Part shown: one piece after another, positions 38,233-48,861 of the stretch
Position numbering within the stretch: position 1 is the stretch's first letter
Layout of the letters: each line of letters starts with the position of its first letter
Source of the DNA: an uncultured Bacteroidota bacterium
Lineage (GTDB): Bacteria > Bacteroidota > Ignavibacteria > UBA10030 > UBA6906
Assembly (NCBI GenBank): GCA_963700635.1
Contig: CAVOYH010000004.1
Coordinates: 256,001 to 320,000, forward strand
DNA length: 64,000 bases
Reading direction: 5' to 3'
The notes under the pieces: generated by a model
Database searches by the model: none
The model's input: the letters and a program-made list of their open reading frames with translations, nothing else
Told to the model about the DNA's origin: nothing
Made by a program: the position numbers and the translations under genes

Positions 38233-41200
38233 ATGCCGGGAAAGACATGCGTACTGCTGTTGCTCCTGTGCTCTGCTCGCCATTACTCCCTGTGTGGCGA
38301 GGAGGTGCAGACCGTGAACACAACTCATTCATTTCGGATTTCGCAGACGCGCTGCGAGGGGCGATTCGACCCCGCGGGAATTGACGCAGCGGCTCCCCGC
38401 CTTAGCTGGACAATGGAATCCGGGGAACGGAATCAGTACCAGACTGCATATCAGATCCTCGTGGCTAGCTCGCAGGAGCTCCTGCAACGGGACAACGGTG
38501 ACCGGTGGAATTCCGGGAAGGTTGAATCAGGTCAGTCGATTCAGGTTGCGTATCAGGGCGAACCTCTGAGATCGGGACATGCATGCTACTGGAAGGTGCG
38601 GGTTTGGAACCGGGAGGGGAAACCCTCGGAGTGGAGCCCGGTCGCCACATGGACGATGGGTCTTCTGAGCCAGGATGATTGGAAGGGGAAGTGGATCGGA
38701 CTTGATGGAGTGGACACGACGTATCACCTCAGCGGCACTGACTGGATCTGGTATCCCGGTGGGCATCCGGACCAGGCGAGTCCGACAGGGACACGTTACT
38801 TCCGTCGTGTGTTTGATCTTCCGGCGAAGAGCACCGTCAAGAGCGCCATTCTGCATGTCACGGCAGATGACGAGGGAGAGTTCTTTTTGAACGGTTCATT
38901 CGTGTGTTCAACGAAGAATCACCGTGTTCTCACGGAAGTCAACGTCACAAAGTTCCTCGGTGATGAAAAAAATCTCCTCGCCGCATCCGTCCTTAACGCG
39001 GGGGCCGAACCGAATCCGGCGGGCCTGGTTGGTGTGCTTGAGATACGGTTTGTCAACGGAACCTCACTACGTGTTCGAACCGATTCTCTCTGGAAGACAG
39101 CCGATACGGCTGTCCCGGGATGGCAGACTATTACGTATGATGACTCTCAATGGGTTCAGGCACAGATGCTGGGACCCGTCGGGATCTCTCCCTGGGGCAA
39201 GAAGAGCACGCCGGTTGATCGTCGGCTTGCTGCCCGCTGGTTGAGAAAGGAGTTTACGCTTGCGAAGCCCATCCGCAGGGCGACGGTGTACCTGAGCGGA
39301 CTCGGTTTGTCGGAACTGTACGTGAATGGCAGCAAGATCAGTGATCACGTCCTCTCCCCGGCATTGAGCGAATATCCCAAACGGGTTTTTTATGTCACGC
39401 ACGACGTTTCCGCGGCACTTACATCCGGCAGGAACGCGCTCGGTGTTGTTCTTGGCAACGGACGGTATTTTGCCCCGCGCCTGGTGGAGCCGACCATCAC
39501 CCAAACGTATGGCTACCCGAAGCTGCTTTTTCAGCTTCACCTGGAATTTGAGGATGGGACGGAGGGGGAGATTCTCAGCGACGAGACGTGGAGGCTGAGT
39601 GCCGACGGGCCGATTGTGGCAAATAATGAATACGACGGGGAAGAATACGATGCCACAAAGGAATTTGACGGGTGGACCGTAAGTGGATTTGATGATTCGC
39701 ACTGGGAAGTCCCGCAGGTGGTGGAGGCTCCGGGAGGTCTGTTGCGGGCTCAGATGATCAACCCGATCCGTGTCGTGGAAACGTTAAAGCCGGTGTCAGT
39801 CACCGAACGGAGTCCGGGCGTGTTTATCGTCGATATGGGTCAGAACATGGTCGGATGGTGTCGTCTCCGTGTGCATGGCGCTCGCGGAACGCAGGTATCG
39901 CTCAGGCACGCGGAGACCCTCGGACCAGACGGAGGACTCTATTTGGATAACCTGCGGGGGGCAAAGGTAACCGACCTGTACACACTAAGCGGTGGAGAGG
40001 ACGAGGTGTACGAACCCCGTTTTACCTATCACGGTTTTCGGTTTGTGGAGGTTCAGGGGTATCCCGGTCGGTTGACCCCGGAAAAAATTGACGGTCGAGT
40101 TGTCAATGACGATGTGGAAACGGTTGGTGAATTCAGTTGTTCCAATCCCGTCATTAACAGAACATACCAAAGCATCTTCTGGGGCGTACGCGGAAACTAC
40201 CGGAGTATTCCCACCGATTGTCCGCAGCGGGACGAGCGGCAGGGGTGGCTGGGGGATCGCTCCGCAGAAGCGCGCGGTGAGACATACATGTTCGATGTGT
40301 CAGCGCTTTATGCCAAATGGGTCCAGGATATGGCGGACGCGCAACTGCCTAACGGCAGTGTGAGCGACGTGTGTCCTTCGTATTGGCCGTTGTACAGCGA
40401 AAACGTCACCTGGCCGAGCAGTACGGTCATCATACCCGGTACACTGCTCGACCAATACGCCGACAGTGTATTAATCGGCCAGCACTACACAAGTATGGTG
40501 CAGTGGATCGACTTCATGAGCGGGTTTATCAAAGACGGATTCCTGGAGAAGGACAGATATGGCGACTGGTGTGTGCCACCGGAGAGCCCGGAGCTGATCC
40601 ACTCCAAGGATCCCAAGCGCCAGACCGCTCCCGGAATCCTGGCAACAACGTACTTCTATTATGATGTGGTTCTGATGGCCCGATATGCCTCGCTCTTGGG
40701 AAAAGGAGATGATGCGCAACGGTTTGTTTCCCTTGCGGGACGCTTAAAAGAGGGGTTGAATCAGCGCTATTTCGACGAGGCCAGAGGATACTATGACAAT
40801 GGATCACAGACTTCATGTGTTTTGCCGCTTGCCTTTGACATGGTGCCCGCGGACCAGCGTGACAGGGTGTTCGCGCGTTTGATTCAGAAGATCACGGAAG
40901 AATCCAGGGGCCATATCGGGACGGGTTTGGTGGGCGGACAATGGTTGAACCGGGTGTTGACCGATTTCGGCCGGACTGATATTGTCTACGGATTTGCCAC
41001 ACACACCACCTACCCGAGCTGGGGGTACATGATGGAAAAGGGAGCGACGACGGTCTGGGAATTGTGGAATGGGGACAGCGCTGATCCGGCCATGAACTCC
41101 GGAAATCACGTGATGCTCGTGGGAGACCTTGTGATCTGGCTCTACGAGAATCTCGCCGGACTGAAAGGGGATCCTCACAATCCGGGGTTCAAGCATCTGA

Positions 41201-41511
41201 TCATGTGTCCGACGCCTGTCGCCGGGCTGGATTTTGTCCGGGCCACCCACAAGTCACCGCACGGTCTCATCAAGAGTGAATGGAAAATCAGTGCAGGTCG
41301 TTTTGAATGGGATGTCCGCGTGCCGGTTAATACCACCGCGACAGTTTCTGTTCCGGCGTTGACAGTAGAAGAAGTGACAGAGAGTGGCAAGCCGGTGCAA
41401 CAGGCAGAAGGGGTAGCGTATCTGCGGATGGAAGGGGCCGCAGCGGTGTTTGAGGTACAATCGGGTGAATATCATTTCTCGTCGGCGATTAGTCCGGTGA
41501 TGTGGGGATGA
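38233..41511 (+). CDS. Alpha-L-rhamnosidase, GH78
   Basis: P.LSW, W.SGKV.S, GLG..E..VNG, DMGQN.VGW, PRFTYHGFR, PTDCPQRDER.GW.GD, GDW, GATT.WE.W, MNS.NH. Confidence 0.95.
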   Translation: MPGKTCVLLLLLCSARHYSLCGEEVQTVNTTHSFRISQTRCEGRFDPAGIDAAAPRLSWTMESGERNQYQTAYQILVASSQELLQRDNGDRWNSGKVESGQSIQVAYQGEPLRSGHACYWKVRVWNREGKPSEWSPVATWTMGLLSQDDWKGKWIGLDGVDTTYHLSGTDWIWYPGGHPDQASPTGTRYFRRVFDLPAKSTVKSAILHVTADDEGEFFLNGSFVCSTKNHRVLTEVNVTKFLGDEKNLLAASVLNAGAEPNPAGLVGVLEIRFVNGTSLRVRTDSLWKTADTAVPGWQTITYDDSQWVQAQMLGPVGISPWGKKSTPVDRRLAARWLRKEFTLAKPIRRATVYLSGLGLSELYVNGSKISDHVLSPALSEYPKRVFYVTHDVSAALTSGRNALGVVLGNGRYFAPRLVEPTITQTYGYPKLLFQLHLEFEDGTEGEILSDETWRLSADGPIVANNEYDGEEYDATKEFDGWTVSGFDDSHWEVPQVVEAPGGLLRAQMINPIRVVETLKPVSVTERSPGVFIVDMGQNMVGWCRLRVHGARGTQVSLRHAETLGPDGGLYLDNLRGAKVTDLYTLSGGEDEVYEPRFTYHGFRFVEVQGYPGRLTPEKIDGRVVNDDVETVGEFSCSNPVINRTYQSIFWGVRGNYRSIPTDCPQRDERQGWLGDRSAEARGETYMFDVSALYAKWVQDMADAQLPNGSVSDVCPSYWPLYSENVTWPSSTVIIPGTLLDQYADSVLIGQHYTSMVQWIDFMSGFIKDGFLEKDRYGDWCVPPESPELIHSKDPKRQTAPGILATTYFYYDVVLMARYASLLGKGDDAQRFVSLAGRLKEGLNQRYFDEARGYYDNGSQTSCVLPLAFDMVPADQRDRVFARLIQKITEESRGHIGTGLVGGQWLNRVLTDFGRTDIVYGFATHTTYPSWGYMMEKGATTVWELWNGDSADPAMNSGNHVMLVGDLVIWLYENLAGLKGDPHNPGFKHLIMCPTPVAGLDFVRATHKSPHGLIKSEWKISAGRFEWDVRVPVNTTATVSVPALTVEEVTESGKPVQQAEGVAYLRMEGAAAVFEVQSGEYHFSSAISPVMWG

Positions 41512-41829
41512 GTGATTGACGTGAGCAGATCCATGGGAAAGTTGACAAGGCAAAGTTGTTGACGCTATTGAGTATTGACTTGGCAGAAATGCGGCTGATC
41601 TTTGTGTCAATCGTCCACCCATTTTCCCTCGTATGAAGTTTCAGGGATGTCTTTTCCCGCTTCAAGGGCCGGTTTGCCTGAACTGTAACCCCTCTCTGCA
41701 CAGCCCCCGCCCCCCGGCGAAAATACCGTATTTGCGGTATTGTCGGGCCTTCCCTCTAGGTTGTATATTGCATATTCGAACGGAAACCGCCGCAACAGTT
41801 TGTGCCACCTGAGGGGAGGAGAAATAGGC

Positions 41830-42396
41830 ATGAACGCCCGACGAATAGTGCTCTGTGGTGCTCTGGTCGTATCCCTCCAGGCAGCATCCTTAGGCCGGGT
41901 GCCCCCGGCCGACCACCCCGAGAGGTTTCAGCCGCCGTCCCGGACAATCGAATTAAAATCCCCTCTTCTGGCTTTCGGAATGTCGTTTCTTATACCGGGC
42001 CTTGGCCAGTACTACAACGGACACTATTTCAAAGGCGCGATTCAGACCGGAGTTTTCGCCGCGGGGATCATCGTGATGCTGACGATGGGGACGGAAACGC
42101 ACTACAGCTCGGGCGCCTACACCGACTACAGCCGTTACGGCACGTTCACGTATTACCGGCCATCTTCGGAAAATGAACTCTCGACGATGTTCTACGTCGG
42201 GGCCGGCGTCGCCGCTGCTTCGTGGTTGTGGTCGATCATCGACGCCCCGCTGTCGACAAGCTCGATCAACGAGCGTCGGAGAGAACAGCAGAGGTACGGG
42301 CATATGTACGAGCTCGGAGGCGAGCGCTACGCGCTGGGCATGGACGTGGTGCCGGTGCGGGAGGGGATCGCCGTGCAGCTGGTGATGCACTTCTGA
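41830..42396 (+). CDS. Hypothetical membrane protein (DUF5683/TM2-like)
   Basis: KSP.LA...S..IPGLGQ.YNG...KG and W.WSIIDA motifs; ATG 41830 after GGGGAGGAG. Confidence 0.7.
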   Translation: MNARRIVLCGALVVSLQAASLGRVPPADHPERFQPPSRTIELKSPLLAFGMSFLIPGLGQYYNGHYFKGAIQTGVFAAGIIVMLTMGTETHYSSGAYTDYSRYGTFTYYRPSSENELSTMFYVGAGVAAASWLWSIIDAPLSTSSINERRREQQRYGHMYELGGERYALGMDVVPVREGIAVQLVMHF

Positions 42397-42531
42397 CCTG
42401 ACATCGGAAAAACTGCACCTCCGGTCCGATCGTCCGCCGGAGCGAAGGGGTACCTGAAGCGGCAATCTTTGGCACAGGGGAGTTTCCTGCCTGAAAATGA
42501 TCTCTTCGCACACTCTCACCGGGAGTCTGAT

Positions 42532-43083
42532 ATGAACGCACGCTCGCGCCGGTTTCTCTCCACCGCCGTCCTTGGGTTCGTCATCGCTACTCTTGCGGCC
42601 GCTCAGACCAGCTCGTCGTTCAGAATGCTGAGCGGCGGAGTTGCCGTCACGGGAGGCTCGGCGGCATCATCTTCTTTCCGCCTGCTGGTCTCAGCCGGAA
42701 CGGCGATCGCGTCAGGCCGGGCCACCAGCACAAACTTCCGGCTGAACGGTGGCGTGGTCCTGACCGATGTTCCCGGTGGCGACGGCTCGCCTCCGCAGAC
42801 CCCGACGTCGGTGCAACTACTCCAGAATTACCCGAACCCGTTCAATCCGGCCACCACAATCTCGTACGAGCTCCCGCGCAGGTCCACAGTCCGTATCACG
42901 GTCACCAATGCTCTCGGTGAAACTGTACGGACGATTGACGAAGGAGAACGGGAGGCAGGAACTCACCGTGTGCTGTGGGACGGGCGCAATGATTCCGGGA
43001 TTCAGGCCCCGAGCGGGGCCTACTACTACCAGCTGTCCGCGGGCGATACAAGGTACGCACGAAAGATGATACTGATTCGATGA
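42532..43083 (+). CDS. Small T9SS protein: short Ser/Gly-rich beta segment plus FlgD-like CTD
   Basis: Signal ...LAAA-Q; three S..FR(M/L) repeats; QNYPNPFNP...WDGRND.G...SGAYYY.L...KM.LIR. Confidence 0.8.
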   Translation: MNARSRRFLSTAVLGFVIATLAAAQTSSSFRMLSGGVAVTGGSAASSSFRLLVSAGTAIASGRATSTNFRLNGGVVLTDVPGGDGSPPQTPTSVQLLQNYPNPFNPATTISYELPRRSTVRITVTNALGETVRTIDEGEREAGTHRVLWDGRNDSGIQAPSGAYYYQLSAGDTRYARKMILIR

Positions 43084-43140
43084 TCCCCCGGCCCGCCGGG
43101 GACACAACATGCTGTGGACCAGTTTTCAGCAGGAGCTCCC

Positions 43141-43665
43141 ATGAAGACACTCTTTTCACTTCTCTGCACCCTCTGCCTCGTGATGGCGCCCCGGGTGTTC
43201 GCGCAGCAGGTCCCGCAATGCATCTTTTATCACGGCACACTTACGACCGCCGCGGGGTCCGCGGTATCGACGCCGAAGACCATGGTGTTCACCATCTGGT
43301 CCCAGGCGTCCGGCGGCTCAATGTTGTGGCAGGAATCGCACACCGGAGTGACGGTGAGCCAGGGGCACTTCAGCGTCATGCTTGGAGGCGCGGGAAACGC
43401 CATCCCAGCTTCCGTGTTCTCTGATACGCTGCGTTACCTGCAGGTTGTCATCGAGGGGGAGACACTCACGCCGCGGCAGCGCATCGGCAGTGTCCCGTTC
43501 GCGTACAGATCGGCTTCTGCGCCCGACATGACTCTCCCCTTTTCCGGGAGCGCTTCCAGCGTAGGGAGCGTGTTCCGCGTTGAGAACACGAACACGGACA
43601 ACCGTTTCATCATCGGCGTCAGATCCATCGGGCGGCCGAATAGGGGAAGGGGAGTATTCTCATGA
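43141..43665 (+). CDS. N-terminal domain of a fibre-like secreted protein, apparently truncated
   Basis: ATG after CAGGAG; signal; VP..I.Y.G.L...G, F.I.....GG..LW.E.H..V.V..G.FSV.LG, YL.V.I.GE.L.PRQ.I.SVPFA..A; ends after one GV.S....G.GV repeat. Confidence 0.7.
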   Translation: MKTLFSLLCTLCLVMAPRVFAQQVPQCIFYHGTLTTAAGSAVSTPKTMVFTIWSQASGGSMLWQESHTGVTVSQGHFSVMLGGAGNAIPASVFSDTLRYLQVVIEGETLTPRQRIGSVPFAYRSASAPDMTLPFSGSASSVGSVFRVENTNTDNRFIIGVRSIGRPNRGRGVFS

Positions 43666-44183
43666 AAAACATGTATCGATTGCTGCTATTGCTCTGCCTT
43701 TGTGGCCTGTGCCTCGCCTCGTGTGACGATCTGCTTGTGACAGATCAAACCGGCGGAGAGTGGGCCATCTTCAGGCTTGCTGACCCTTCTGTGACCAGCG
43801 ACCAGGTCCGTGATGTGCCGCTTTCAGACATGAAGCTGGCAGATGTCCCGTTCATATCGGCCCGGGAGCTAGAATCGTATCACTGGAAGACACATATGTT
43901 CGAGTGTACACCGGAGGCCGACAGCCTCTTAGACTCTCTGGGGCGGTACGGCGGGTCGACACGCGGGGTTCCCTTTGTCGTGACTGTCGACAGGCAACCG
44001 ATCTACTTGGGGAGTTTCTGGTGGGGATACTCATCCATGGTGCCCTGGTGTCCATTCGTGGAAATTGCCTGGCCACAATCGAGAAGGATTCAGTTGCCTT
44101 CTCTCTATCAGGGAAAAGACCCGCGTTCCGACCCCCGGATCTATTCGGCGCTCAAGAATGCCGGGGTGTTGACTGACGAGTAA
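43662..44183 (+). CDS. Hypothetical lipoprotein
   Basis: Lipobox LAS-C; GVPFVV.V....IY.G.FW...SS; DPR.D..I..AL...G.L. Confidence 0.75.
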   Translation: MKNMYRLLLLLCLCGLCLASCDDLLVTDQTGGEWAIFRLADPSVTSDQVRDVPLSDMKLADVPFISARELESYHWKTHMFECTPEADSLLDSLGRYGGSTRGVPFVVTVDRQPIYLGSFWWGYSSMVPWCPFVEIAWPQSRRIQLPSLYQGKDPRSDPRIYSALKNAGVLTDE

Positions 44184-44249
44184 CCCTCCGACAGCGGATG
44201 AGCCTGGCATCGCGGACGCCGTTGAATGAAAGGGTAGAAGGAGAATACA

Positions 44250-44609
44250 TTGGAGAAAGTAAACCTGGCGGAAAAGTTCTCGCTTTTCACAACACACTGG
44301 GATCCTAAGATCGTGGGTGGGCTCAATGGCCAACATGTGAAGTTGGTGAAGTTTCAGGGCGAGTTTGTGTGGCATCACCATGAAGCGGAGGATGAATTGT
44401 TCTTTGTTGTGCGCGGGACGTTCAGGATGGAGTTCCGCGATCGTGTTGTGCCGTTGAGCGAGGGGGAATTCATCATCGTGCCGCGTGGCGTGGATCATCG
44501 TCCGGTCGCGGAGCAGGAGGTGCATGTGTTGCTGTTTGAACCGGCGTCCACGGTTAACACAGGATCCGCGCCAGGCGGGAAGACCGTGAGGAACCCTGAG
44601 TGGCTCTGA
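44250..44609 (+). CDS. Cupin domain protein
   Basis: GEFVWH.HE.EDELF, GEF..VP.GV.H.P; TTG start after AGGAG. Confidence 0.92.
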   Translation: MEKVNLAEKFSLFTTHWDPKIVGGLNGQHVKLVKFQGEFVWHHHEAEDELFFVVRGTFRMEFRDRVVPLSEGEFIIVPRGVDHRPVAEQEVHVLLFEPASTVNTGSAPGGKTVRNPEWL

Positions 44610-44739
44610 CCCATCCGGGGATTCTTCCTCAAACAAACACCGGATTATCAAGGACCTTTTGTCCCGGGAGGACTGAAATGCGGGTCAATCTGTATCGGCA
44701 CCGCCACCCTTCTGGCGCGCCATCACCCGGGAGGAAAAC

Positions 44740-45513
44740 TTGCAGCACATGATGCATCGGATGGGTTGGGTTGTTCGAAACGCCTCGAACCTCCTCCGGG
44801 GTTACAATATCTATGTCAATCGGGAGAAACTACGTTTGATTGATCGGGCGTTCAGATCGATGGATCCTGCTCCACGATCGTTTGTCGATCTTGGTGGTGT
44901 GTGGAGGGTCAACGCGGCATACACACGATATACCCTCAGGGGATTCAGTATCGACAGGGGTGTCATTGTCGACACCGATTACCCGGAATCTGTGCGGAGA
45001 ATGCTGCGCAGATTTCCCCAGCTCACGGTGCTTCAGGGTGACTTTACCGCTCCGGCACTTATTGAGCGAATAGAGCCAGTGGACCTGGTGTACTGTTTTG
45101 ATGTGCTCCTTCACCAGGCAAACCCAGACTGGGATCAGGTGCTCAGTGCCTATGCCGGTGCTACGAGCTGTTTTGTCATCTTCAACCAGCAGTATATCAG
45201 GAGCGCACACACCATCCGGTTGACAGATCTCCCCCTGGAAGAGTACCTGGCGATTGCACCTGCCGGAAGGGAGCTGATGTATCGGAAAGTGTATGCGCAC
45301 AAAAAAGAGATCCATCCAATCCACGGCAAGCCATGGGGTGACATACACAACATCTTTCAATGGGGTATTACGGATGGGGATCTCCGCGCCCTCATGGCCG
45401 ATCTGGGGTTTACGGAGACGTACTACTGCAATCATGGCAGATTCTCGAACTTGCCCGCATTTGAGAATCACGCCTTCATTTTTGACGCGAGATCACAAGA
45501 CGGGCCTGACTGA
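44740..45513 (+). CDS. Putative class I SAM-dependent methyltransferase-like protein
   Basis: VDLGG.W motif I-like, GDF, DLVYCFDVLLH. Confidence 0.6.
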   Translation: MQHMMHRMGWVVRNASNLLRGYNIYVNREKLRLIDRAFRSMDPAPRSFVDLGGVWRVNAAYTRYTLRGFSIDRGVIVDTDYPESVRRMLRRFPQLTVLQGDFTAPALIERIEPVDLVYCFDVLLHQANPDWDQVLSAYAGATSCFVIFNQQYIRSAHTIRLTDLPLEEYLAIAPAGRELMYRKVYAHKKEIHPIHGKPWGDIHNIFQWGITDGDLRALMADLGFTETYYCNHGRFSNLPAFENHAFIFDARSQDGPD

Positions 45514-45921
45514 CGGCTCGCCCTGATGCCGCTCGCCGGGACGCGGCGTATGTGCCGAAAAAGACCGGAAAAAGAGCACAAATCTTGCCTCACCGTAGGG
45601 GTATTGCCCCGGTCATTCGTTTATATCAGGTACAGGTCACTCGAATCGCAAGCCCGCGGGCATGGTCTAGTCCGCTGCCGGTTGATGAGAATCCTTCAAT
45701 GGGGGAGGTTTCCATGGACAAATCATTTCTCTTTGTCCTCTCTCGTTCACATACAATGGTGAACAACTGATGCTGGAGCAACATGATCAGCAGCACCAGC
45801 GGGAACGTAAAATTGTATTAACACGGCAGTAGTTTCGCATCAATGATGCCTTCGTGCTCTGATGTGGGCACCGAGCCTGTTACAGGGTGGTTGGCCGACT
45901 ACCACTCGTGATGAGGTCCTG

Positions 45922-46539
45922 ATGATACACAGAAGATGTGCCGGAATACTCCTGGGAATTCTTATCCTGTTTTCACCGTTTGTCCGGGCTCAGGTGAATG
46001 TCTCCTCTGTGACCATCCGCTCAGGCGTGATCCGGACAATGTGGCACGATCATGGCTCAGTCTCCGTCCCACTCTGGGCTTTCTATCCCGAGATTCAGAT
46101 TGGAGGGATGTTGTTTCTTCCTTATCTTCGATGGGGTGCCTCCTGGGGATACTGGTCCGATGGTATTGACCGACCACTTCCTGTCATGGATATGGTCACG
46201 TATTCGCAGAGTAGTCATGTTGTCGCAATGCGTATGGAATTCCACCCGCGTGAACTGGACCAACATGTGCCGATTCCGATCAGCGTATTTGTTGGAGCTG
46301 CGGAACACTTCGTGCGGCAAGAATACATCGGAGGAGCTGACCTCGCGGGAAACGGTGGCCAGAATTCTTCTGACCGCGCACTGGTTGGGTTTGCCGGCGT
46401 GGGTGTGTCCTTTCGAGTGCTGCCCTCCCTGAGTCTGGAAGGAGAAGTACGGCAATTTATCCCGTTTGGCGAGAGTGAAGACCAGCGCGCGCACAAGGAC
46501 CGCCGGGTTTTTTCGATTGGCGGCACTCTGAACTTCTGA
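45922..46539 (+). CDS. Outer-membrane beta-barrel-like protein
   Basis: Signal ...VRA-Q; beta-strand pattern; C-terminal F; ATG 45922 after GAGG. Confidence 0.65.
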   Translation: MIHRRCAGILLGILILFSPFVRAQVNVSSVTIRSGVIRTMWHDHGSVSVPLWAFYPEIQIGGMLFLPYLRWGASWGYWSDGIDRPLPVMDMVTYSQSSHVVAMRMEFHPRELDQHVPIPISVFVGAAEHFVRQEYIGGADLAGNGGQNSSDRALVGFAGVGVSFRVLPSLSLEGEVRQFIPFGESEDQRAHKDRRVFSIGGTLNF

Positions 46540-46605
46540 CCTTCTGGAGAAGTCGGTGAAGATGGCAGTGCATCCACCTGATTTAGTATTGACTACATCG
46601 TGAGA

Positions 46606-46866
46606 ATGAAGCAGACCGCAGCCGAAATTCACCAATCCCTGGTGGCGATCACACGAAAAGATGTGCCTTCCGTTCGTATCCTTCGCCGTTCGTGGTCCAA
46701 TCGACTAAAGGATATACCCGGCCCTTCCGTCATTAGCCTGGCCCCCCGAGTTAGCCGGGAGGCACGCAACAAGCTGCAAACAGGACTCAAGAACCCCCGG
46801 CATCCGATCGCCGGTGAACGTGCGGAGTTATATTGTTTTAGCACATGCAAGAGAGTGCTACAATGA
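46606..46866 (+). pseudogene. Internally deleted DNA alkylation repair (AlkD-like) gene remnant
   Basis: N-terminal VPSVR.LRR.WS.RLK..PG.SVI.LA fused directly to the family's typical C-terminal LAPRV.RE.RNKL.TGLKNP; the catalytic core is absent. Confidence 0.6.
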
Positions 46867-47267
46867 AATGGCGATTTGTCATTGCCTGGATTCCCGGTAT
46901 CCCCATAGCTATTGCGAATGGCTTTCTGCGCGAAATGGTGTACACTCAAATGATGAACGGACTTCATGCCCACCAACTCTCGGCGGCAAGTTTTATCGTC
47001 CTCTTTGGCGCGTACGTGTGGCTCATTCTCCTATGGTTGAAGCCCGAATCAGGCCCGGAAGCGGTGCGGATCGGCCTCCTCTGGCTTGTCCTGACTGTGG
47101 TGTTTGAGTTCGGTTTTGGCCACTATGTGATGGGACACCCGTGGCAACACCTCTTCCATGACTACAATATCGCCGCAGGCCGACTGTGGGTTATAGTGTT
47201 ATTCTGGATTGCCGCCTCGCCGTGGATCCTCAACAGATTGCTGAAGCGGCGGACACACGCAGAGTGA
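46863..47267 (+). CDS. Conserved hypothetical membrane protein
   Basis: IAI.NG.LRE, AHQLS, IG..WL.LT..FEF.FGH, DYN...GRLW; four TM segments. Confidence 0.85.
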   Translation: MKWRFVIAWIPGIPIAIANGFLREMVYTQMMNGLHAHQLSAASFIVLFGAYVWLILLWLKPESGPEAVRIGLLWLVLTVVFEFGFGHYVMGHPWQHLFHDYNIAAGRLWVIVLFWIAASPWILNRLLKRRTHAE

Positions 47268-47338
47268 ACGGCGCGAAGAACACGAACCTGCCACACCGGG
47301 CACATTGAGGGTATGGCAGAGTTGAAAAACAAAAAGTG

Positions 47339-48749
47339 TTATCCGGCAAGTTCTGCCTCGATCCGCTCGAGCGACTTCCCCTTGGTTTCGGGAACACGCA
47401 GGGCAACAAAAACGAACCCGCCTGCACAGATTGCTGCATACAGCCAGAATGTTCCTGAAGCCCCGAGCAGGGTATTCAGAAGCGGAAATGTGTATGTGAG
47501 AATAAAGCATGCTATCCAGAGGGCCGCAACCGCTGTAGAGACCGCAGCGCCGCGGATCCGGTTGGGGAAGATTTCAGAGATAAGCACCCACGTCACAGGA
47601 GCCAGGGAGAGCGCATAACTGGCAATAGCCAGGAGCACAAACGTCACGATCACCGGACCTGTCCAGTGAAAGAAGTAGGCCAGGCCGATAAGTGTATGGA
47701 ACGATGTGATCCCGGCGCAACCAATCAGGAGCAAGGCCCGCCGGCCAAAACGGTCCACAGTGCCCAGTGCGATGAGTGTTGATACAAGATTCACGATGCC
47801 CGTGATCACGATGGTAAAGAGGATCGAACTTACCCCGTACCCCGCCTCCAGAAAAATCTCTTCCGCGTAGTTAAAGATGACATTGATCCCGCTCCATTGT
47901 TGCAGTACCGCAAGGGCGACGCCGATCAACAGGATCCTCCGGACACCCGGTTTCGAAAAGATCTCGAAAATGTACCTGCCCGATGTCTTCTTTCCGGATC
48001 GTCTCCTGAATCGACATTACTTCGCCATTTGCGTAGTCTGTGCCCCCTATTCTGGCGAGGATTCTGTGCGCGCGCTCCGTCGCGCCGTTCTTTACCAGCC
48101 AGCGCGGACTTTCCGGGATAATGAGGGATCCGACAAAAAACGCCGCTGACGGGAGTGCCACCACGGTAAACATCCAGCGCCATCCCTCTTGTCCGTTCCA
48201 TGAAGCACGAATAAATTCTGTGGAGGCACCCTCCGGCACCGGTTCTGCAATAAGCCAATTGATGATCTGAGCCGCGAGTATGCCGATGACGATCGTAAAT
48301 TGATTGAGAGAAACAAGTCTGCCGCGGATATGGGCGGGAGCAATTTCTGCGATATACATGGGCGAGAGAGCGCTTGCCATGCCAATGGCAACCCCGCCGA
48401 GGATCCTCCACACGATAAAACTGCTGAAGGTGCCGGCCCAGCCTGTCAGGACGGATGAAGCGGCAAAGAGCACGGCCGCAAGAAGGAGCAGGCGTTTGCG
48501 TCCGAACCGGTCGCTGAGCCCGCCGGTGAAGACTGCGCCTGCCAGGCAGCCGAGCAGCGCGCAGCTGTTCGCCCACCCTCTTTCGCTTTCATGGTTGAGG
48601 TGAAAAAATGGTTCAAAAAAGGGTTTGGCGCCCCCGATGACCACCCAATCGTACCCGAACAACAACCCTCCCAAAGCAGCCACAAGCGACACCAGCCAGA
48701 CATAGCGCATATTCAACGCGTGTACACCAGCGGGTTCAACTGCTCTCAT
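47339..48749 (-). CDS. Sugar porter family MFS transporter (frameshifted at ~47952)
   Basis: GGLLFGYD, SDRFGRK, YIAE.AP..IRG.L, PESPRWL, QQWSGIN, D.FGRR, SEIFP..IRG, PETKGK.LE. ORFs 47871-48749 and 47339-47929 join by removing one base from the AAA run. Confidence 0.88.
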
Positions 48750-48861
48750 GGGGGACCTGTCCTTCTTTTAGTCATTACAGGCATCTGTGGAACAGAAGAT
48801 AGAGAAACAAATCCCCATTTGCACCGGGACCCGGCGGATAGTTGCGGGGAAGACGGGAGAC

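Noticed and set aside
41512-41640. Short plus-frame peptide (…KLLTLLSIDLAEMRLIFVSIV…) vaguely like a four-helix-bundle C-terminus
   Set aside because: No start codon, an in-frame stop upstream, and too short to support a call.
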